Shown here: positions 1-12,572 of the stretch, piece after piece | Layout: each line of letters starts with the position of its first letter | Numbering within the stretch: the first letter of the stretch is position 1 | Notes under the pieces: model-generated | What the model was told of the DNA's origin: nothing | The model's database searches: none | The model's input: only the letters and a program-made list of their open reading frames with translations | Program-made: the position numbers and the translations under genes | Assembly: GCA_951406725.2 (NCBI GenBank) | Contig: OX597817.1 | Span: 160,394,001-160,458,000, forward strand | Length of the DNA: 64,000 bases | Direction of reading: 5' to 3' | From: Octopus vulgaris | Taxonomy: Eukaryota

Positions 1-90
1 CTTCTTCTCTTCTCCTTCTTCTTCTTCTTCTTCTTCTTCTTCTTCTTCTTCTTCTTCTTCTTCTTCTTCTTCTTCTTCTTCTTCTTCTCT
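1..90. repeat. (CTT)n microsatellite
   Basis: Direct reading of tandem CTT. Confidence 0.97.
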
Positions 91-389
91 CAAGTACGCG
101 TGTGTATATATATACTTACACACATACACGAACTAAACAGCACACATTTATGTATGTGTGTTCGATTTCGTTTTATATATATATATATATATATATAGAT
201 AGATATAGATATGTATACACACACACAGAAAGAGAGAGTGGGGGGCAAATCGAAAATTTAAAATTTAAAATCACAAATAACAAATCAACAAAAGTCAAAA
301 AAAACGTACACATAGAATGTTTAAGCTCGACGATCATATATATATATATATATACACACATACATACACAAACAGAAAACAGATACATA

Positions 390-420
<31 letters not shown>

Positions 421-562
421 ATGTATGTATGTATGTATGATGTATGTCTGTCTGTCTGTCTGTCTGTATGTATGTATGTATGTATGCATGTATGTATGTA
501 TGTATGTATGTATGCATGTATGTATGTATGTATGTATGTATGTATGCATGTATGTATGTATG

Positions 563-817
563 TAGGAGGGTTGTATCGAAAGTAATGGAGGCAACACTTT
601 TGTATAAACTGATGAACATCGTTCAAATTGCAAATGTTGGTAAAAAGAACTTTTGCTGTTCTTCCTCATTGCAGGTAAATAACGGGTTCCAAGCAGAAGC
701 AACGTGCCAACATTGAGTTCTTGACAAAGGAAGGATTGCAGGCTCTTCGACATCCACAAAAGGTAAACAGGTCGTTCACGGAGATGACACAATTCACAAG
801 AGCAATTTGCACAGATG
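563..817 (+). pseudogene. 5' fragment of a decayed mariner transposon (TIR-like end plus N-terminal HTH)
   Basis: Starts TA-GGAGGGTTGTATCGAAAGTAAT. Frameshifted translation KQRANIEFLTKEGLQA..DIHKR..QVVHGDDTIHKSNLHR resembles the mariner N-terminal HTH. Confidence 0.7.
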
Positions 818-957
818 TGGTAAGTAGCTTGATTACCAACCACATGATTTCTGGTTCAGTCCCACTGCGTGGCACCTTGGGCAAGTATCTTCTACTATAG
901 CCTCGGATCGACCAAAGCCTTGTGAGTGGATTTGGTAGAAACTGAAAGAAACCCGTC

Positions 958-1008
<51 letters not shown>

Positions 1009-1063
1009 TGTACTCGCATAGCAAGTGATTTGATCTGAGATCGTGTGCTGAAACGAAAACAAT

Positions 1064-1344
1064 TGCAGCGTGGAAGGTGTTTATAAGCCATTTAAGAAAC
1101 ACACAAAAGCCGTTCGATTCACTTCAACATTTAAGTTTAATTTGTCAAAATATTTTCGTCGCTAAAATCCGCGACCTGTTCACTGACAAAAATCCGTGCT
1201 GCATTTCAGCACGGATTTTTGTCAGTGAACAGGTCGCGGATTTTAGCGACGAAAATATTTTGACAAATTAAACTTAAATGTTGAAGTGAATCGAACGGCT
1301 TTTGTGTGTTTCTTAAATGGCTTATAAACACCTTCCACGCTGCA
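1064..1344. repeat. Perfect 138-bp inverted repeat (1064-1201 / 1207-1344, 5-nt loop)
   Basis: The arms read as exact reverse complements by eye. Flanked by TA/GA microsatellite. Confidence 0.95.
1218..1267 (+). ncRNA. Type I hammerhead ribozyme, G3-C8 core variant (mirror copy at 1141-1190 on the minus strand)
   Basis: UUUGUCA-GUGAACA-G-GUCGC-GGAUUUUA-GCGAC-GAAA-AUAU-U-U-UGACAAA: 7-bp stem I, 5-bp stem II, palindromic stem III (AAUAUU). Confidence 0.7.
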
Positions 1345-1384
1345 TTGTATATATATATATATATATATACATACATACATACAT

Positions 1385-1434
<50 letters not shown>

Positions 1435-1810
1435 GTGTATGTGTGTTTGTTCCACCACCATCACTTCACAACTAATGTTGGTGTGTTTACGTACCCGTAG
1501 CCTAGAGGTGCGGCAAAAGAAACCGATAGGATAAGTACCAAGCTTACAAAGAATAAGCCCTGGGGTCGATTTGTTCGACTAAAGGCGGTGCTCCAGCATG
1601 GCCGCAGTCAAATGACTGAAACAAATAAAAGAATAAAGTGGTTTTACTTCTATAATAAGCAAAATATTTCAACTTTTTGTAAATATTTAATTATAAAAAT
1701 ATAATTGGAGTTTTGTAAGCATCGAAGGGCTATGAGAATCCATCCGAGTAAAAGAGGAATCTAAGGGATCCATGGGTAAAAAAATGGTTCAGGAACACTG
1801 ACACAGAGCG

Positions 1811-1851
<41 letters not shown>

Positions 1852-2343
1852 AAAACTGAAGTAAGTAAAGTGAATTATGTATGGAATATGTTTAACTGTG
1901 TAGTTGAAGTGTAAGTGGTGTGAATATTTAATGGGACCTATTTATTTATTTATTTATTTACTTACCTTATCTTTAACACTGGAAACAACCATACAAACAA
2001 AAACAAGAACAAGAACAACAAAAACAAAAAAAAAAAGAAACCCTCGCAAGATCAAAAGAAGATATATTTCGTGAAAAGACAGATTCCTTCCTTTTCAAGT
2101 TCAGTCGCTGACCTTTCATACAAAGAGCATCCGAATATATCTAGCCAGAAGTACACACGAATCGTCCGAAAATATCATACTGTGAGATAGCAAAATGTTC
2201 GAACAGCTAGAGATAGCGGCCAAATCTTCTTCATATCACATCTTATTATCTTATGACGAGGGGCAGACTTGATGGTGTAGTCCCAGATACACTATGGAAT
2301 AAAATATGGGACATCTAGGTCTTTGATTAGCGCCATTAAACAA

Positions 2344-2680
2344 GGCGGCGAGCTGGCAGAAACGTTAGCACGCCGGGCAAAATGCTTAGCAGTATTTCGT
2401 CTGCCGCTACGTTCTGAGTTCAAATTCCGCCGAGGTCGACTTTGCCTTTCATCCTTTAGGAGTCGATTAGATAAGAACAAGTTACGCACTGGGGGTTGAT
2501 ATAATCGACTTAATCTGTTTGTTTGTCCCCTCTGTGTTTAGCCCCTTGTGGGTAGTAAAGAAATAGGTATTTCGTCTGTCTTTACGTTCCAAGTTCAAAT
2601 TCCGCCGAGGTCGACTTTGCCTTTCATCCTTTTAGAGTTGATAAATCAAGTACCAATTGCGTACCGGGGCTGATCTGATT
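2344..2680 (+). mobile_element. tRNA-derived SINE family A, partial head-to-tail dimer
   Basis: GGCGGCGAGCTGGCAGAAACGTTAGC..GAGTTCAAATTCC..GCCTTTCATCCTTT..GTAAAGAAATA, then restarts at GGTATTTCGTC. Other family A copies at about 6222-6447, 15380-15610, 22300-22500, 22600-22740, 33870-34022, 49687-49913, 56315-56535, 60747-60962 and 61770-61962. Confidence 0.9.
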
Positions 2681-5600
2681 GACTGGCCTTTCATTTCTTC
2701 TGGTCCACCGAGGGGTTGATAAAATAAAGTACCAGTCAAGCACCGGGGACAATGTAACTGACTTGTTCTGTCATTTCGAAATGTCTCGCTTTGAACCCTG
2801 CAACAGATCAACGTACCATACAGAGGAAATGTGATGTCAATCACTTGGACACCATAGAAACCAGACAACGAGCCTTATGAGTCCTGGGGACTCGAGGAAA
2901 ATTCCGTAACGTGAGACAAAACCAAAAAAAGAATCCTTTACGTCGTAGCTCAACTTGCTGGAAATAGCGACCAAATTTTATTCAAATCATATCCTAAAAA
3001 ACCTTATTTTAAAAAGAGGGACACATTGGATAATGTAGTCGTAGATACACAATGTCTGAATAAAATGTAGAAAAGTGACAGTTGGACATCCTTTTCGACA
3101 TTAAGTCAGTCCTTGATTGGGGTTGACCCAGATCGAATAATAAACAGCAATGAGTCGAGACAAGCCAATGAGGACACTTAGATTTTTCTCAACCCTTTTT
3201 ATCTTTTCCAGATCCCCACCTTGATTATAAAAAAAAACATAAAGAAGCGAAGGAGAAAAAATAAACGGTGAGCCCTGTATGGCTGGTCAAAGTAAGAATA
3301 TATCATATAAGTATATTCTGAAATTTTAATTAAAACGTTATCGTGTATTTTATTTATTTGTTAATTAAGGTCTCATTCTGAAGTCCCACGCTGAATTAAA
3401 ATATTGTCACGCTCCACCTTGAGAAACACTACTCTACTGTAGCAGCAACAGCAGCAGCAGCAGTAGTAACAAGTGTTTATTGCTGTTAGTTATTATTGTT
3501 GTTGTGGATGTTTAACCCCACCCTGGGTCAGCTCTGATCGTGACCTAGTCGAGACTATACCGTTTTTTTTATCTTTAAAAAAGAGAAAGACACGTTTGAT
3601 AATGTAATCACAGACGCACTATTCTCACCCCTCCTCACGACCGCGACTTACAGATGTTCAAATTAACATTAACCGCATCAATCTCAACAGTCTCCAAGAA
3701 ATGCATAGACCAAGAGTACTTCCACCACTTCCGCCTGACTTTTTCTTGACCTCTATATCTCTATACTGCTTCGGTGCATGATACACTTATTTGCGTTTCC
3801 TCCCAATTTTGTGCGAGCCAGGTGTCCTAAAGATCCATACCGGGGTAACCATTTCTTTGAATCAATCGGCAAATGCCGATGGGACGCAGGTGTGTCAGTG
3901 GCCAGCTGGAGAAATGTTCTCCTGCGGCTGCAAGCTACAGTAACATCCACCCTTAGTGGTTAGCCACATTTAGATGGCAAATATACTTCACATTGAATCA
4001 ACTTGTTCCATGTGGCTACTTGCCTTCCGGGGGTCAGCTAAAAGATTTGTGTTCGTCACAGATTTGGTTTTACTGTAGCTGTACTAACACAGTCGGACTT
4101 CCTACATTTCATCGGGGATGTACTTCTTTCCTGCATTTTGTCGGGGTGATGTACTTCTTCCGCGTTGTTTTTGCTCATGGCATAGTCGAGTCGGATAAGG
4201 CCAAGAGTTCACCGAAACATTCACATTTTCATGCAAATGAGACCTTGCTCATGTTACGGACAATAAAAACTCATTATAGAAATAAACCTTCATAAAATTT
4301 ATTATAGAACAGAACTTTTCTTTCCACTGTCATTTTCTCGAATGAAATGATACTTGAAGAAGTCAAGGGTTTTGTTAGAGAAGAAAACTCATTCCTCCCA
4401 ACCTTGTTTACATACTCGTTCACCACAGCAAACAGACAGAGGGAATACTCCCTATCTTATAATCAAAGGAACCAGACTCATTCAACGCGCTGTAGTTCTA
4501 TAATCTGTAGTTTTATAATCAATGCGCGAAGGATCGTCTCCCGCGTCTCGAATATTTCAAACAAGTTCAGCCGACCGCATTAGAGGTTATTTTCAACCGG
4601 CTCTTCACGCCTAGTGACATTGCCAAACATCTGAATATTAAGTAATAAACATCGTCCTGAAAGTCTTTGAGAAAACATTGTTCAGAGCATTCTCAGGACA
4701 CTGCTGACGACATTCTTCACTGACTCTCCACGGAATGCAAATATGGATGATCTGCGTCTTATATTGTTCAACTGATAGAAATCACTGATCACCGGTCAAC
4801 ATTTAAGATATCAAGTGCTTATCTTCACTCTACCCCTTATTCGAATTTGTTTCTCAGTCAAAGAAGTGATGGGTGGGAGAGCATGTCTAACAAATAACTG
4901 CACCAGTTAAACGTCAAGGTTACCGCAGCTTCAATGTAACCGTGTGTAATGCTAGTCACATTTTGTCAGGAGGAATAGAGTCGAACAATTTGGTTTCAGT
5001 ATGTGGACTTGTAATTATTTTAAACGCCCACACAAAGATGCAAAAGATGTTCACCTCAGTGGTGTTTGGATTTAGAATGTAAATTGGCATAACTAAATAT
5101 TGCAAATTATTTCGTCCGGCGCTCTTCCGATTCAGCTGTTCAACTACCAGAACCTGGTTAACGAAAATTCTTATAAGTACGTCGCCAATTCAATAATGCG
5201 ACAGTAGCGCCATCAATGCAGTAATATAACAGTACTGTCTCCAATTTAGTATTGAAATCCCTTTAAATTACTTAACCTCTATGTGATAATTTTTGTATTA
5301 TTCACACACAAAAGATAATACAGTTCAATGTCGTTTTATCCTCACTTATTCAGACGTAGTGGCCACATTAAAATCTCATCAAATGAAATTGATACATACG
5401 TTGTTTGTTCCACTTCCTTAGATTCTATCATATCTAGGCTTTATACTTATAATAAAGAAAAATAGATTCTATCATATCTAAAGTGAAACTCACGAAACTG
5501 TAAACCTGTTCTTTTATTGTTGACAAAAATCATTCACTTTCTCTTCTCAAGGGGTACTTATTCAAAATGGCTCTTTATTTTCACAGGACGTATACACCCT

Positions 5601-6124
5601 GGTTACTAGAAAGAAATTCAATGTAATTAATTGTCGCTTTTTTCGAAATTTCCCAAGGGGCTAATTCACTGCTAGTTCTTTTTGCTAAACATGATCAGGT
5701 AAAAACATAAATATTTATTTATTCCACGCAATAGAAAGATTAAAATTAGTTGCTCAAGGTTTCACGATCAGGAGTATCCAGCTAACAATTAATGATCGGG
5801 TCTATTTTATTCAAGAGAATGAATGCATATTGGAAGTTCATGACTTTCCCACTAGCATTGTGTTGCGACAGTGAAATAAAAAGCTACTATGAACTATTGC
5901 AAACACGACACACTTCATGGAAACAAAACTCTATTGATAACATGGGAATCAGATTCGTGAAATAAAATAATTTTGTGTATCGCAAGATAAGGTGAGCTCT
6001 GAGCCCCCCTTTGACTCAACATGCATCAATGCTCTATAATTTCTGATTCCCTTCCATGGAAAACTCATACAAAAAGAACTGGGCTGAGATAAATTTACTT
6101 AAAAACTGAGCGGTTGGTAATCTT

Positions 6125-6196
6125 GGCTCGTTGGTCTAGGGGTATGATTCTCGCTTCGGGTGCGAGAGGTCCCGGGTTCAATTCCCGGACGAGCCC
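6125..6196 (+). tRNA. tRNA-Pro(CGG)
   Basis: 72-nt GGCTCGTTGGTCTAGGGGTATGATTCTCGCTT-CGG-GTGCGAGAGGTCCCGGGTTCAATTCCCGGACGAGCCC. Full cloverleaf with intact A and B boxes, matching the metazoan tRNA-Pro consensus. Confidence 0.98.
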
Positions 6197-6203
6197 AAAG
6201 AGA

Positions 6204-6211
6204 TTTTTTTT
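6204..6211 (+). terminator. RNA polymerase III oligo-T terminator
   Basis: T8 run 7 nt downstream of the tRNA 3' end. Confidence 0.85.
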
Positions 6212-7001
6212 CCTACTTATCGTGGCGAACTGGGAGAAACGTTAGCACGCCGGACGAAATGCTTAGCAGTACTTCGTCTGCCGCTATGTTCTGAGTTCAA
6301 ATTCCGCCGAGGTCGACTTTGCTTTTCATCCTTTCGGGGTCGATTAAATAAGTACCAGTTACGCACTGGAGTCGATATAATCGACTTAATCTGTTCTTGT
6401 TTGTCCTCTCTCTGTTTAGCCCCTTGTGGGTAGTAAAGAAATAGGTAATCTTTTACAAACCAGTAATACTCTCATTCAGTAAGCTCATTTTATACCACAA
6501 AAATTTACTTTAAAACTAAGTTTATTTTATGAAGTTTTTGAAACTTTCGTCATTCTTCTTCGACCTGGTTACCGACACGATTCCACTGCAAGTTTGAAGT
6601 GAATTTAATAGCTTTGTGTGTTACTAAATGGCTCTTCCATGATGCGGTTGCTTTAGTATCAACATATGGCCTCAGATGAAGTCACTTGCAAGACAAGTAC
6701 AACTCTCACATTTTGAAAGTTTTGTGCGTGTGTGTGGCATCAGCACCAAGCAATGATGAAGAATAAGCGAACTTTAGGTTAGTTAAAACATGTGTGTGAC
6801 ATATCTTAACTTCTAAAGGCAAATTCTGTCGATCTACTGGCGCAGACATGGCTGTGTGGTAAGACCTTTGCTTCCCAACTACAAGGTCTCAGGCTCCGTC
6901 CTACGCCATGGCACTTTGGGCAAGTGTCTTCTACTATAGCCTTGGGCCGACCAAACCTTGTAAGAATACTTGGTGGACAGAAACTGCTGAAAGGAGCCCA
7001 T

Positions 7002-7038
<37 letters not shown>

Positions 7039-7700
7039 CTGAAGTTGCCTGTGTATGGCAGGTTTGGTAACCTTCAACTAACACAATCTCCTCCGCGACC
7101 CTGCGGCGCAAGTTGACCAAATTTGAGAGTATGATAGAAGAAGGCTTGCTCTTCATTCTGTAGAAGACAAAATTCAAATCGGACCATGTTAGCACCAAAA
7201 ATTATTTATATAAAAAAGGTGCTTTTTTCTATGAAAATTCCTATTCTTTACGATTCTTTGACTGCTGTGTCGCCATTTTTCGGTGTATTTCAACCAGAAA
7301 AATGTTTACTTGAAAAGAAGAATAAGAATTCCCCAAACCACGTATCTCTCACTATATGTAAACACACACTGAGAATGTATCAAATACATTTAGAAGAAAC
7401 GGTTTTCCCAGTTTGTAAATCTACAAACCTAAGTTTGAAACAGCAGTATTGAATTATTTTTCTTCGTAGAGGTAAGACGGAATTTTCCGATATTCACCGC
7501 CTGCAAACAACTCTGCTTGTAAACATTCAGTGAAGCTCTACATAGCACCAATAGCTTACCGGCTGCTATTTCTAGCATTGATTGTCCTTCCTGTACATCA
7601 ATTTTGTATATTTATAATTCTACATGTTATGGTGCTTTATTCTTGCTGGATACTAATATTAATTTTAATAATATTTATATTTCTTGTGTGTGTGTGTGTG

Positions 7701-7926
7701 TATCTGTAAATTTTATATGTGACAATCATTCGGTAGCCATGATAAAACTCCAAGTTTCGGATGCCGAGGTGGAAATCCACGTCACCATCTCTTCAGTTAT
7801 CCGGTCATCGGAAAAACGATGGCCGGATAACTGAAGAGATGGTGGCGTGGATTTCCACCTCGGCATCCGAAACTCGGAGTTTTATCATGGCTACCGAATA
7901 ATTGTCACACATGACATTTACAGATA
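7701..7926. repeat. About 110-bp inverted repeat (7701-7810 / 7817-7926) between TG and TA microsatellites
   Basis: The arms are reverse complements with a few substitutions and a GAAAAA loop. The right arm continues to about 7990, then (TA)n. Confidence 0.93.
7826..7886 (+). ncRNA. Type I hammerhead ribozyme, canonical core (mirror copy at 7741-7801 on the minus strand)
   Basis: GAUAA-CUGAAGA-GAUG..GUGGA-UU-UCCAC..CAUC-C-GAAA-CUC-G-GAG-U-U-UUAUC. Predicted GUU cleavage after 7881. Confidence 0.75.
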
Positions 7927-7986
7927 AATTCCTCTATTTACATAATATCGAGGCCTCTCTTTCTTTTTTTATCTTACCGTTTTTAT

Positions 7987-8060
<74 letters not shown>

Positions 8061-9036
8061 GGGGTGGGGCGGTCAAATATAAGGTTAAAGAATTAAATTT
8101 AATAAAATTCGTCTTAAACACAGTATCGAAACCTTATTTCAGGGTAAGTCCCAGGTCTTGTGTCGGTGGAGCACGTTCACCACTTATGGCTACCAGCCAT
8201 CATCAGCGGTACTTAGCAAACATCGTTGTAATAATTCGAGGAATTCCAAGTTAGACGTTGGCTGATTCTTTCAAGAATCGATATAGAAATCATGTTTCTA
8301 GTTTTAAAAAAAACTAAACCAGAGACACGTGACATCACTGGCGGACTTTCTATGGCAACTGAAAACCGACGGGATTAAATATGAGATTTCATGGTCAATT
8401 ATAAAATATGCAAAACCCTACAACACCCATTCTAGGACCTGTGGATTATGATCTGAAGAATCCCTATCAATTTTGCTTATTAGGGAAAAGATAATTGATA
8501 AATTAACTGAACGAATTATACGTTGTTTACATAACATGACCTTTCATTTTACTGGTTCATTCATTACATTCTAAATTTCTCATTGTACTAGCAATCATGT
8601 GGATATTATCTATTATTTATGGCTTCTATGGCAGCTTAGTGAGGGTGAAGAGACAGTAGTGCCAACGACCTTTGCAGGTCTCTTCAGACTGCTGAGACCT
8701 ACACAGTTACAGTTGTTCACTTAGAACATCTGTAAATTGATGTCTGTAGGGAAAACATGGGTACAGAGGGAACTGTTGTCAGTTGCTGCTCTGACTATAG
8801 TGGGATGAATAGAAGTGGACAGTGAGGCACCACTGCAGTAGGTGAGAGAGAAAGAAAAAAAATGATGATGATGATATCAGGGGAGGTGATTTGTTATTAG
8901 CTACCATCTCGCTCAAAGTAGCAGATGCCATTGTAATAGTGGTGGTAGGGAGGGAGAGAGGTGGGGGAAGTGTATCTGCAGGTTCATAGTTATAATGTGT
9001 TGGTGAATGAGTTTTTGCCAGTCACCCAGTCATCCA

Positions 9037-9226
9037 GGTGGTTTCATGGCAAAGAATTCATCAAGGTATCTTTTTACGTCATGCAAGGAATTGAAATTTT
9101 TACCATTAAGACTATTCTACAGAGACCTGAATAAGTGGAAATCCGAAGGAGCAATATCTGGTGAATATGGAGGGTGGGGTAACACATTCCAGCCGAGCTG
9201 CAGCAATTTTTGTCTGGTTCCCAAAG
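9037..9226 (-). pseudogene. Mariner transposase C-terminal fragment
   Basis: Minus-strand translation TRQKLLQLGWNVLPHPPYSPDIAPSDFHLFRSL*NSLNGKNF contains a YSPDLAP-type motif and an internal stop. Confidence 0.9.
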
Positions 9227-9470
9227 CATCAAGTGCCGAAAATGAACTTTCTTTTCTTCCATTTTAAAGGGTTACAGAATTAACACAGGTTATAGGAACA
9301 TAAATCTTCTTCAACGAAAAGATAGTTTAAACTGTGCTCTAAATGGAGGTGTAGTCAAATCCTATTTTATGGACTAAAATAAGTCGAAAGGTAAGCTACT
9401 TCAAGCATGTTCTAAAATAAGTAGAAAGGTAATCTGCATGAACTTTCCGGACAGCCCAATAGAATGTTGA

Positions 9471-10050
9471 AGTTTGACACTGTCAACATTACAGTATATT
9501 GCAGTTTGACATTTCCAATATTGCAGCACATGACAGTTTGACACTGTCAATATTACAGTTTACTGCAATTGATGCTGTTTGTTGAGCGAAGCGGTCTTCG
9601 ACCCAGAGTGGGAGAAGTACGAAACGTGGTCCTTTGCTATTCGTAAGACCCGTAGAAGAGAAAGCAGGTCAACCCCCGACACCGAGAGCATCGACGGATG
9701 GATGAATGCGCATCCAGGCTCAGCGGTTGCGTAGGAAGTCGGGGATATAAGAAACAGGAAGAAAGAGGGAAAGAAAGTTGGAGCGAAAGAGTACAACAGG
9801 GGTTGCCACGTGGAGCTTTAGGTGTTTTCGCTCAATAAACACACAAAACGCCCGGTGTGGGAACCGAAACCGCGATCCTCCAACCGCGAGTCCACTGCCC
9901 TAACCACTGGGCCATTGCGCCTCCACTGCAATTGATACTGTCAACATTGCAAAATATTATTGTTTGACACTAACATAGCAGTATTTTGAAGTTTTACACT
10001 CTCAGCTTCGCATTATACTGCAGTTTTACCGTCTATCTGCAGTATTTCGC
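9471..10050. repeat. Degenerate about 32-bp minisatellite (AGTTTGACACTGTCAACATTACAGTATATTGC) interrupted by a SINE
   Basis: About seven diverged adjacent units on both sides of the SINE. Confidence 0.75.
9579..9925 (-). mobile_element. tRNA-derived SINE, head type C, with 16-bp TSD
   Basis: Head TGGAGGCGCAATGGCCCAGTGGTTAGGGCAG. TSD CTGCAATTGAT(G/A)CTGT at 9563-9578 and 9926-9941. Confidence 0.9.
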
Positions 10051-10879
10051 AATTTTCTGTCATTAGTGTAACATGGCAACGATAACTACTCTGTAGTATG
10101 ATTGCCAACTATGTTAATTCAGTAAATAAAAAAAAATGTTCTAAACACCGTTCAATATACTCACTGGCCTTTCAGTTACCCAGTTTCCCAGTTTCCCATC
10201 CTACGCCCCATTTTCAAAGTATTCTATAATAAACTTTGCACAAAAAAAGAGAAAAAGAAATAAGGCAACTTTTCAGAAAATGGCTCCGATTGTTTGATGA
10301 AATCTCTGTATAGCTCGCCAAAACTTTCACAACAACATGCACCAAAGTCACAGAACACCTGACTACTATTCATTATAATTAGCGAGTGGACATTTTGGTG
10401 AGAACATTTACTCGTTTATATTATTTATAGACGTACCCTGGTGCCACAGGAAGTGCCGTGTATACAATGTGATTTCTCATCATAGAAGTTTATTCGATAA
10501 ACAGTTTTGATTTTAAAGGCTGCTCTGTAGCGTGCTTTTATTTGGAGGTATTTCTCTCATAACACAAATCCCGTTTTTCGTGGTTTTGTTTCTTTTATTT
10601 TTACTTCCTTTGGTCACAGTGAAGCAATTGAATTGTATGTTAGCGAAACCTGAAAAGAATTTATTACTGCGTATTCCTGTGTATATATTCAGTTGGGCGT
10701 GTTTATATAAAGTCAAAAATAATCATACTCTTATAAATCGCCTCATTTTACGCTAAACTACATATCCAATTAAACGTATATTAAAACAAAAGATAAGAAA
10801 ATCGGGTATTTTATAACATAGCAGCGAGCCAAGCAGTGGCTTCAAAATGGTAGTCGTATTTGGTCAATCTGCCACCCGT

Positions 10880-11180
10880 GAAGGCGCGTGGCTTAGTGGC
10901 TATGATATTCGGTTCACGATCGTAAGGTCGTGAGTTCGATTCCCGGTGCATTGTACCCTTGACCAAGACACTTTATTTCACGTTGCTCCAGTTCACTCTA
11001 CTGGCAAAAATGAGTTTTACCTATTATTCAAAAGGTCAGCCTTGTCACATTCTGTGTCATGTCGAACCTCCCCGAGAAAGTCGTTAAAAGTAAGCGTGTC
11101 TGTGGAGTGCTCAGCCTCTTACACGTTAATTTCGGTTGACCGAATTCATCTGGAACACTCGACGTCACGACCGACGGAGA
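10880..11180 (+). mobile_element. tRNA-derived SINE, head type D
   Basis: GAAGGCGCGTGGCTTAGTGG..GAGTTCGATTCCC. Similar copy at 60160-60485. Confidence 0.85.
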
Positions 11181-11372
11181 GCCAAGCCAGGACCTGCCGC
11201 CAAAGTAAAAATACAATCCACTAGGCTTCCATACGATTTTCGTCGGTGCAATTTCATCAGTAAGGTTTGGGACGATCTGAGCGTATTAAAGAAGCGAATT
11301 TCTTCCACGGTCATACCTGTGCTCATTGAATATGTCAAATGATATTACCGAGTAACTTTCCTAAATCACACG

Positions 11373-11435
<63 letters not shown>

Positions 11436-11611
11436 ATTGTTTTATGTCAAATTATGAATAAATGCAATTTAACATTAAACTGTATCATTTGCTCTGTATA
11501 CTACATGTTTAAGGTTTTACGATGAGAAAGGAGACAGTGACTTCGAAGTGTAAAAATAGCAAGAACCATAACAATAATGTATATATACATATATATATCT
11601 ACACTCACACA

Positions 11612-11687
<76 letters not shown>

Positions 11688-12531
11688 CATACATATATAT
11701 ACGGATACATCTACATATAAATGTATACATAAACATATACATATACACATACACATATACAAACACACACACACACATATATATGTATACATGCATATAT
11801 GTATGTATGTATGTATGTATACACCCCCCTCACACACATGAATATTCTATAATGTGCTCCTCTTTTTTTACTCTTTTTACTCTTTTTACTTGTTTCAGTC
11901 ATTTGACTGCGGCCATGCTGGAGCACCGCGTTTAGTCGAGCAAATCGACCCCGGGACTTATTCTTTGTAAGCCCAGTACTTATTCTATCGGTCTCTTTTG
12001 CCGAACCGCTAAGTGACGGTGACGTAAACACACCAGCATCGGTTGTCAAGCAATGCTAGGGGAACAAACACAGACACACAAACATATTAACACACACTTA
12101 TATATATATACATATATACGACAGGCTTCTTTCAGTTTCCGTCTACTAAATCCACTCACAAGGCATTGGTCGGCCCGGGGCTATAGCAGAAGACACTTGC
12201 CCAAGATGCCACGCAGTGGACTGAACCCGGAACCATGTGGTTGGTTAGCAAGCTACTTACCAAACAGCCAGTTTTCATAAATTTCTGTAAATCTTTTTTA
12301 GCATCTCTCCTTATACAATAGTTAATGAAACGCATTAGGACTCTTAAACTGAACGGATTATTTTCAAAACCATGGTTGCACTGAAATACATAGTACGCTC
12401 GAACAGAAAATTATAAATATTCCATGTAATTAACATTTTACATATACATAATTGCTGAATACCCGTAACATTATAACAGGACGATATACGTAGTAACTTG
12501 AAAATTGTAATCAGCTTTAGCTAACCCAGTA

Positions 12532-12572
<41 letters not shown>

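Larger units (their letters stand above)
815..1638 (+). mobile_element. tRNA-derived SINE family B with internal TA/TG microsatellite, hosting a hammerhead palindrome insert
   Basis: Head TGTGGTAAGTAGC..GGTTCAGTCCC (A/B-box-like) and tail ..GGCCGCAGTCAAATGACTGAAACAA. Other copies or parts at about 6839-7005, 11861-12270, 15155-15378, 23240-24030, 24253-24345, 30908-31140, 40441-40815, 45178-45631, 46885-47550, 56145-56955 and 58640-59022. Confidence 0.9.

Noticed and set aside
3640-4800. More GC-balanced stretch with short ORFs, possible exon or TE remnant
   Set aside because: No continuous frame or recognisable domain; it needs BLASTX.
8654-8691. Minus-strand CAGU-CUGAAGA-GACC-UGCAAA-GGUC...ACUG hammerhead-like fold
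   Set aside because: The essential GAAA is replaced by GUUG, so it could be chance or heavy decay.
9850-9925. SINE heads (types A-D) as true tRNA genes
   Set aside because: They lack a complete acceptor stem and continue into SINE bodies with tails and TSDs.
9471-10050. About 32-bp periodic repeat as a CRISPR array
   Set aside because: The units are contiguous and degenerate with no unique spacers, there are no cas genes, and the context is eukaryotic.
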